Shown here: positions 50,401 to 64,000 of the stretch, one piece after another
How positions within the stretch are numbered: position 1 is the first letter of the stretch
Layout: every line of letters begins with the position of its first letter
NCBI RefSeq assembly: GCF_964355755.1
Contig: NC_092677.1
Location: 8,826,101-8,890,100 of the forward strand
Source: Antedon mediterranea
Taxonomy: Eukaryota; Animalia; Echinodermata
Length of the DNA: 64,000 bases
Direction: 5' to 3'
Notes under the pieces: model-generated
Told to the model about the DNA's origin: nothing
The model's input: the letters and a program-made list of their open reading frames with translations, nothing else
The model's database searches: none
Position numbers and translations under genes: made by a program

Positions 50401-53400
50401 AGCATGCGTTGGCTTTTGACGAGGTCCTAAATGATAAACGGATACCTTCGTTACATGTTGCGTAAACAGAAGTAGTTTCTCAGACGTTTCGTTTACATTT
50501 TTCATTAACTGAACAATGTCATCTTCATCAAAGTATTTATCACTTATCTGACTTTCAATTCCCATGGCGCACTGTCTTAATGGCAAACGGAACAATGTTC
50601 CATTGAAGTTAACTTTACTATTTTGGAGAATGTCGCATTCAAATATGTCCTGATATGGTTGAAATTGATCCTTGAATCTTCGTAACGTAGATTTACTTCG
50701 ATTTAGATCGATCCTAATTCCAGGGTTGCTCTTATCTCTGAGTTGATTATCCAAGAATTCTGTGTGAGGGTCAAGAAACCCAATCATACCACGAGACAAG
50801 AAACTAGGAACGTCTGTTATATGGTAAACAGAATTGAAGCCTAAACCAAATGTGCCGATCTGAACCTGGTTGTCTTGTTTTGTTCTCCCACCAAGTTTGG
50901 TGATATTCTCAAAATCTGCATCACTAAACGTTGCGTCGTTATAAACCCATAATGCAGGACCATTCCATGCCTTCATACCTTTATCTAACAGCTTTGATTT
51001 CCACTCACTATTTGTGCGCATATCGATCATAAATTTAACCTCAGTGGCACCTGCATCATCAGCGTTTTGAATCATCTCTTTGGCAATGGAATCTTCAATG
51101 TATCCACTCTCAAGAATGTTCTTTAATCTTTGAGTAAGATCCTCTTTTTGACCAGCTTGATGAAATCCTGCTAGTGACATAGCACCGCTAAACTTTTGAG
51201 CCAGTGAGGCTACACCAAGACGTTGGTAAATCTTACGAGGAACACTTTCATGCACCAATTTTATATCTTCAAAATCTTCATCGTTTGACCATTCCTCGTT
51301 TGGGAAGCATACGTCATCACACGTAGCAAACCTCAGGAAAGTTGAATTTTCAGTGGCCACAGGAAGCAAAATTCGATCTCTAACCTCGTCGGGCAGTTCA
51401 TCGGAAGATGGTGTCAAGTTTAGAATAGATTCAACGATATGTATTACCAGATCTCTATCATCGTTAATGCGCTCTTTTTTCACGTTACCATCAGCTTTTT
51501 CATGGAATTGAACAATTTCCTCCAACAATTTAAGCATTGGTTGGGTCTCACCATCAAATTGTGTACTTGCTCCAAACTCACTAAATAAGTGTGTGTACGC
51601 ATTTAGTTTTGGAGAAAGAGTATATAGGTATGGTTCTAAGCTACGCCTAGTTTTTTTAATTAAAATTTGTCTCGGTGCAACAAAACTTTGCCCGTCCAAA
51701 CAAGTTTGTCCTCGTGCTCTCTAAATGATTTAAACTCATTTATGTTACTTTGCATAACGTGGTATATATAGGGTAGTATTCTTTCAATGGTATCTATGAG
51801 ATCTGTGTTCCTAGTTTGATGCTGATCTGTTACAAAGCTTACTATGTTCTGTAGATGTGTGTAAATAGACTTTAATGGAGGTTTTAAATCCCACTTGAAT
51901 CTTTTAGATAATTGGCTGTACTCATTTGAGACAAGAGCCAGTGTTGAACCAACTAACGGTGCGTGTGAGACAGATGTTACATCTTTTGGTGAAACTAGAG
52001 TGTGATTTGACTGGAACCAAGGAAATCCTACTGGGTATATCTGTTGATCTACAATCTTTACCACAAGAACCCATTGATGGTTTTCAAGGTATGTAAGCAG
52101 ATTCATATCATCCAGAATTTTGTGAGAACATTCTAACAGTTCGCATACAGCATGGGCTTTACCTTCGTCGGGATGTACCATTAGGAGTTCCACACATCCT
52201 TTAATTTCCAAAGGTTTTACTTGCTTATGTGTTTTTAATCCAAGCTGTAGTAGGATATCTCGATAATTACAGTCAAATGGTGCAGCAGGAAATAAATCAT
52301 CTTCTCCTCTAAACAGCTTGCTTAAAAGGTGATCGGACGGATCAAAACATTCAGATGCCTTCTGAAGATTCCCGTTTTGTAAAGGGATAAATGGTTTGTC
52401 TTGTATTGTTTTTATTATTTTCGACCTGTACGTCTTATTGACTTCGTCCCACCTGTCCATTATCCAAATAATTAATTCTGTCAACTTCTTGTTTTCTGTA
52501 TATTGAAGCATTTGACACAGCACATCTTCTCTTGGACATTGTTCAAGGCTTAATTTAGAGGCCAAAATTCTGGAATCTTCACCTGATACATCAATAATGT
52601 CCTCACTTGTTTGAAAGTCGACTGGAAGAGTATCTTTACTTACTGTCCTTAGCTCCTTGCCGTTTTTCATGGCTGCCTGGAATCTATTGGTTCTTTCCAA
52701 GACGCCTGTTGCCTTATCAAAAACAGCAAGTTTTACTATAATATTTATTTCTTCAGTTGTCATATTATTTGGAATATCTTTCAAAAATGCCCTCAACAAC
52801 TCTACATTATTCACAGATAGTTTATCAACATCCTCTTTAAATGTTTCACTAGTTTTGGATTCCGCATAAAATCGTAAGATGTCTGTGGGTTGTGCATAGT
52901 GGAAGTACTTTCTCCATTTAGAAGGAGGAAGAGTCACAAATTCTGCATTATCAAAGTTAACAGGAATCAGATGCAGTTGTGGTAGTATATCTTCGATACT
53001 TGAGTTGTTTCTGCTACTTGTGACAACAATGTGAGAATTCTGTTGGAATCGAACTAATCTGATGTCATCACGGTCTTTGCTGAAGTTGGTGGGAACCAGT
53101 GTAATACCTTCAAATTCTTGGATGTTACACTCTGCATCATTACAAACGTTTCTCTGTATGAAATTCCAGATTAGTTCAAGCCAGCTCAGTGGCGGATGAC
53201 CATTCTTACCAGGACACCATATGACATCTGGTTGGATTAACCAATCACGTGGCAATGCTTCCTTCAGCAAAGCTGAAATCATTTTAGGTTTAAGTTTCTG
53301 AACCTGGTTTATACCTGAAAAAGAATCAATTTAATTTGTGAGAAACGGTAAAATTATCTGTTAATGAATCTGGGTAATGGAAACTTCTACATTATTAGGT

Positions 53401-56400
53401 CCAAAAAAAAAGCAGTTTTATTAATAATGTTGTCTAACATTTAATTTATGTCTCCTACTTATGTTATTGTACGACTAAATTTGCAAATACTAAATATTTT
53501 ATATAATAATCTTGTATTGTTATATAGATGGTGTTAAGCTTGATTAGTTTCTATAACTATATATTATCACCCTTTGTCAATATATGATTTTCTTCTTGTT
53601 GAAAATAAAGTTTGAAACTAAAATAAAACACACAAACCTCCATATAAATTACCTGTTTTTTTACTTTCAACTACGACCTTTTCCTTTAGTGATTCCCTTA
53701 GATCTTCTTTAATAAATCTATTGTTTAGACCTGGTAACAGATCCATTGTGCAATCACTTGATGCAATGAAGATCGCATTAGTATCTCCAGAAGCGAATTT
53801 ACAAAACGATCCATAAGCTACTGGCAACAACTCAAATCCTTGCAGATCAATAAAATCATCATCGTCTAGTAAGTACTCTAAGAGGTTGATCTTTTCACAA
53901 CTGGTGAGGTTGCTCAAACAAACATTACGTAGGGTGTCACGAACAAGTTTAGGAGTAATACGGTACTTTTCGTAATTTTCAACTGCCTTTTTGATGTTTG
54001 GATACTTCTTAATTGAAACAACCGGCATGTTATTTTTAAGAAGAAGCTTTAAAATGAGACATTGTGTTTCTTCTGGAACTTTCTCAAGAAGGTCAAATAT
54101 TGCAGTATTAGCACTTATCCACTCACCTTCACCTTCACCAACTTCACTAAAGAACACTTTCTCATTCAGTAATAGTTTGAACAGTTCAGGACACATTAAC
54201 TCCTTCCAAGGATCATTAACTTTCTCCATGTCAGGCCACGTCTGATATACACATTCAACTGAACATTGGCCTGTTTTATGTAGCTCGATAGCTTCTAGAA
54301 TAAGCTTCACATATGCTTTTGGAACAAGGATCTGCAGAAGAAGTTGGTTCCATTTTGACATATTATCATCATGATCTTTAACGGGCCACTTTATTGAACG
54401 ACGGTCATCACTAACACCAAAATCAGCATTCACATGTACTGGTAACCCACTGTAGTTCTCTTCTGATGGGAGCGGAAGAAAGCAGAATGTCCTGCCTTCG
54501 ATCATCTGCACCATGTGGCTTGAGGAAACCTGCATGGCGACGCCAACCAATGGAAGCCGATCATGATCTGTTGCTAGTTTAAACATTTCAGATTCTGGAT
54601 CTAGATTGCCCATATAATTACTGACAAGCCACTTGTACTCAATGACTGTATGATTCTCAAATTCTTCTACCTGAATATTCATTGGGAATATTTGGGAAAA
54701 TGATTGTTCATGTTTTTGTTGTTTTCTGTCTTTAATGGATGTTATCATATTCATTCTTCTTTTCCTAACAGCACCCCTGGTTTCATCTGACAGTTTAACA
54801 GAAAATAACGGCGTTTCTTTTTCAGAGAGTCTTTCTCTTACAGTTATACTTTCTATATTCTTCAGAAATAGTGGCAATATTTTTGCATCGTCAACAAACC
54901 AATTAAAATATGTTCTGACATCATTTCCATCTATACTTTTTTCTGAAATAACCGATGGTTGGTTTCGAAGTGGAAAGCGAAAGATTGTTCCTATAAATGT
55001 TTCTTCTTCAGGAATGGGATCTTCAAACAGATTTTTAAATGGTACAAATTGGTCAGAGAAATCCAAATCTTTGAAAACACTTTTCTGTCTATGAAATTTA
55101 CAACCACGCAGCCTTCTACCTTGATGGTTAAACAATGTCTCTCTTGGATCCATAAATGCTAAATACTGGCCACTCAGAATGCTTGGCATATCTAGATGTT
55201 GAAAATATGATATTTAATATTTACTACATATAAATTGAAGTTAGTTTTGTTTCACAGTAAAAAATATATATATACATATAAAGATTACAAAGAAATCATA
55301 AAAGTGTTCATTTGTAACTTGATATCATTTTATATCGTCATCATAATATCAGCACCTAATATCGGTAGGGCCTACTGTAATCAGCAATCTGTTCTACTAA
55401 GATAGCATTATCATTTTTATCATTTATTTTGATATTTATTTTACATTGTGTGCAGAATTTCTCAGCCTTTGGGTGACTTTGGTATGTATTTTTGTAATGA
55501 TTGGATTTTATTGAATGAATGAATAAACATACCTGAATTTAGTATCGTTGACATATTCCATGATACAGCATAACATATGATCGGTATCATGGAAGGTTTT
55601 AAGTTGGACGAAGATAAGGGCCTATGCTACAGGCATGTATATTTGAAAAATGTGTCTATATTACTGGGCATATCGATAATCGACTGTGCAGTGCGAATAC
55701 GGTTAAATATATACTGTATATCCTGTCACTATAATAATAACGTAGGCCTATCCTATAATACACTGTTTGTAGGCCTACTGTCAGAATAGAGAGCACTGGA
55801 TATCATGTATGAACCAAAATAATCCTCTGTTTTGATTGCACTATATTCAACTCTTTTACACAAGCACAGTTGAGGGATTGAAAAGACAGGAACAGTAGGA
55901 TAAAACTATTAATGCGCTACAATAACATTTACCTGTCAAGTGATATACAGAGACAAATCCCATTCCAAAGCGACCCACTTTTGTTGGATCATCCCTCTTT
56001 TTAGATATCGATAAATTCTGTATGCAGTCATCGTCTCGAAAAGTTGCATCATTGAAAGCACACAAAGCTGGCCCCTGGAAAGGTGACAAATCGCCAATTC
56101 CTTTCCCTCGATACAGACGATCGGTCCCATGTTGTCTTCCATCATATAAAAACTTGACTGTTTCAGCTCCGGCGTCATCTGCATTCTGTGTCAACTCCTG
56201 AAATAAATATTCTTTACACTGTTACTTTCTGTCTTACTAACTGTTCTCTTTATTGAGTGCATCAGGCCGGCATTTACTGATTTCAGTTGGCATATGCATA
56301 TTGTAAAAATGAATAGTAATGGATGTGTATAATTTATAAATATGAATGATAGTAGTATAAACTCTATTCTAAAAAGACAATGGGTTTGAGGGGAAATAAG

Positions 56401-56661
56401 AATATAATGACAGTTGATAGAGTAAAAGGCATAAAACAAAAGTTTGTAATATGCTTCTCTGTCGTAAGTTAGACAAGAGACCTACCTACCTTCAACAACT
56501 GGCCACCTGTATAATTTCGAAGTATTTGCTTTATGTAGTCTACCAATGGTGGCTCTTTCTGTCCAAAACCACAGACTAAAAAAAGATAGAGCATATTACG
56601 ATATGTTATAATATTCTTCTATTTAAACTATTTGATTCAGGAATCGGTGGAATAATTTAAT

Positions 56662-57330
56662 AACAAGGCCAACAGCCATTAAGTCGCGTGCTACAATGCA
56701 TAGTGATACCGGACCGACAGACAAACAGACCGACAGACAGACCGACAGACAGACGGACCGACCGACATAGTGAACTATACTGACCGAAATTACTGAACAT
56801 GTTTAAAAATGTTGAAATGTTTAAAAACATTTATATTTTTTTAATTTACACGTGCGTAGCCTGTCACTTTTGACGTGCTCGTATAACGTAATTTCGAGTT
56901 GAAAAGTAAGTCAAGAAAACAGAAATCGGGCAAAAAGAGTGCGCAATAACATTTAACGCTTAAAATTGCCTGAAACGTACTCTTATTTCATCGAAAATAA
57001 ATTTTGAAAATTTTAAGCGCGCGTACGCATGCGTTACATGCGCTACGCACGTAATTGTATTGCCATATGATGATTTATGCCCTGAAATTTATGTGTACCA
57101 AGTTTTATTTAATTGTGATTCATGGTTGTTAAGATATGATTACAAACGTGATTTCGTTAAATCGTGCGTAGACCGCGTAATTTTTTATTGCGCACCGTGA
57201 AACCATAACCACATCGATTCCTGGCCATAAGGAATATTCTGTGAAAAATTGACTTAGCTAGATTAAACTGATATCAAGATAAGGTCATAAAGCGATAAAA
57301 CGCATAGTGATACCAGACCAACCGACAGAC
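56662..57330 (-). mobile_element. Helentron/DINE-1-like non-autonomous element(s) in the sacsin intron
   Basis: AACAAGGCC...AGTCGCGTG...GCATAGTGATACCGGACCGACAGAC...GACCGACCGACATAGTGA (56662-56780) matches the 1691 family. A longer CpG-rich body with TGTACCAAGTTT ends in the same GCATAGTGATACC.GACC motif, which runs directly into the microsatellite. Confidence 0.65.
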
Positions 57331-61907
<4,577 letters not shown>

Positions 61908-62499
61908 GTCAAGGAGTCAATTTATGTAATTTAGCGCTATTAGGAAACTCATTATGACTACGCAGGAAAGTAGCAGTAGCCTACTAGGGTTTTATAGAAA
62001 ATTGTGATGTCACTAGTTAGAATATTAAATATAGAATAACGATTATGCATAGGGGCCTACTCAAATCCAATTGTATTGCGATAATTTTGACATAACACAC
62101 AACCTGTTTTGATGTAAGCAGGTGCAGATCTGTGTTGGGCTCTATTGCTTTACACTGTTGGGTGCACTGCCAAACAATATCAACTATTATGTTTATGTAG
62201 TCTACCGGTATTGATTAAATTGAACAACCAGATTGCTTTAAATTACTTACCACCTTCCTCATCAGACATTGCGTTATTTAAGATTTACAGCCTTGCTATC
62301 CAACACCTAAGTATAGAATAATCATACCAAATCATTTATACGAGTTACAGAACATGTTATGTACTATTGTTTATGTTATACAGACTCCATGATTATTCTA
62401 TTTCTAAATAAAGGTAGGCCTATAAATGATGTCTTAGGGCCGAATCGTCCCGCTACCTCAGAGATACATCGCCAGCTAAGCGTCACGAAAATCATCGCT

Positions 62500-63625
62500 T
62501 ATATATATATAAACTTTATTTAGACACGAGACTGATGTGCAGTACAACTCGTTCAATCAATATTGATTGTTTTTACACAAGTTCGTGATACTGTATTACA
62601 AAACAAAACAAAAATCAACACCATATAAATACAACAGAAACGAAAAAAATTGAAATTGAAAAGAAACAAAATTACAGCAGAATCCCCTTCATCTGACACC
62701 TCTATTTAGGGTACACCATACCGGTACTTCCCGTGTAAACGGAAACCCTTATCGAAGTGTATAATTCATGGGGATTCAACTGTAATACATAATAAATCTT
62801 TTGGATTTCATTTACCTTAAAATAATAGTGATAAAACACACATTTTAAATAGTATTTAGCCATTTTAAAAGTTGGATGTAGATCGTAGATTACCATACCA
62901 TTATGTTTTACAATGCATTTTTCAGATACGTTTTAAACAACTTAACTGAATTTGGAAGGGTATCAACATTGAGACTATTCCATATAATTGCTCCACGATA
63001 AGACAGACTTCGTTTTTTAAAATCGGTTTTTGGCTTTGGGATGAATAGATGTGTATCACTGTGCCTTAGATTATAATTTATATCATTGAATGTAAATACA
63101 TTATTTAGGTAAGGTGGGGCATTATCTGTCAAAACCTTATATATAACCATACAACATTCATATCTATCTTGATAAAATAAAGGTGACCAATTAATTTGCC
63201 TTAGTGCCTCACTACTAGGTGTGTCCCATGTTAGACCACACACGATTCGAGCTGTTCTGTTTTGGATAGTTTGAACTCTTTTCATTAGAGTTTGACTACT
63301 ATTTCCCCAAATTATGTTACAATAGCTCAAGTAAGGTATTACAATAGAGTTTGCAATATGTTTTAATATGTTTTGTGGAAAATAATAGCTACATCGTCTA
63401 AGCATACCCAATCCATTTAGAGCTTTACCTCGAATGTATTCAATCTGATTTTTCCATGATAAATGTTCGTCTATTATGATACCGAGATGTTTGCAATATC
63501 GAACGCGTGGTACAACATCGTTATCTATATTAACTGATCTATTTTTTTCTTTGGTGGTTGCCAATCGGTTTGTCGATCCGATCAACATGAACTCGGATTT
63601 AGAGACATTTAGACTCAATTGGCAT
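62500..63625 (-). mobile_element. 5'-truncated L2/CR1-group (Crack/Daphne-like) LINE: ORF2 C-terminus plus 3' UTR
   Basis: ORF 62908-63657 reads LSLNVSKSEFMLIGS...KHLGIIIDEHLSW...YCNIIWG...QTIQNRTARIV...APPYL...YNLRHS...SYRGAIIWNSL. The 3' UTR ends GAACGAG...CTCGTGTCTAAATAAAGTT(TA)n at ~62500. Confidence 0.88.
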
Positions 63626-64000
63626 GTCGATAAAAGTACGGAGGCCTCACAGGACAATAACTCTATGATAGATTAAACGGTTGCTCTCTATAGAGGACGT
63701 AGTTACTAATAAATATTATTTAAAGCACGCACTAAAAATAATAATTTGCTTTATTTATTTCCCAAAGTCCGACATGAGTTTCGTATTTTTAATAAAGAAA
63801 TAATAATTATACAATTGTCCTGATTGTTGTATTCATCATTGAGGGTATCATCGTCGTGTTATATTTTTAATTTGTTCTTTCATTTTAATAGTAGAATTTC
63901 ACACAGGAAAGAAGATAAATAAGAACTGCTGACTTTTGAAGATATAAGTACTGACCAATTTTCCTCTGTTTTAGTTTATTTTACATTATGGTTTGTAGGT

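Noticed and set aside
51660-51700. Programmed -1 ribosomal frameshift in sacsin
   Set aside because: No in-phase X XXY YYZ slippery heptamer is present at the homology-defined switch point. A single G loss in a G-run explains it.
42165-55162. Many 60-125 aa + strand ORFs opposite sacsin
   Set aside because: They are antisense shadows of a long coding exon with no recognisable motifs.

Overview
This is AT-rich, intron-containing animal genomic DNA, probably from a marine invertebrate deuterostome such as an echinoderm (inference from gene and repeat content). It is not prokaryotic and has no CRISPR array. Five protein-coding loci can be rebuilt from splice sites and motifs. (1) A 5'-incomplete + strand gene with F-type lectin, kringle, LamG-like and PAN/apple domains (1080-5407), followed by a partial duplicate with an intact second PAN exon. 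(2) USP25/28 on the - strand (11329-23888). (3) GPR89 on the + strand (24409-33943), head-to-head with USP25/28; it has a U12-type intron and a 4.9-kb hierarchical satellite (17 bp, 136 bp, 1496 bp) bounded by MITE-like ends. (4) A divergent gamma-butyrobetaine dioxygenase-like gene on the - strand (36307-39572) with an altered substrate pocket and a palindromic tandem array upstream. (5) A ~4356-codon sacsin-like gene on the - strand (42154-62269) with an 11-kb exon, broken by a 1-nt frameshift and an in-frame TGA; the intron after its ATG exon holds a perfect 3.7-kb (GGAC)n tract inside a Helentron-like element. Interspersed repeats include RTE and L2/CR1-group LINE fragments, tRNA-derived SINEs, and Kolobok-like, Harbinger-like and Helentron-like non-autonomous elements. 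All coordinates were read by eye and may be off by a few bases.
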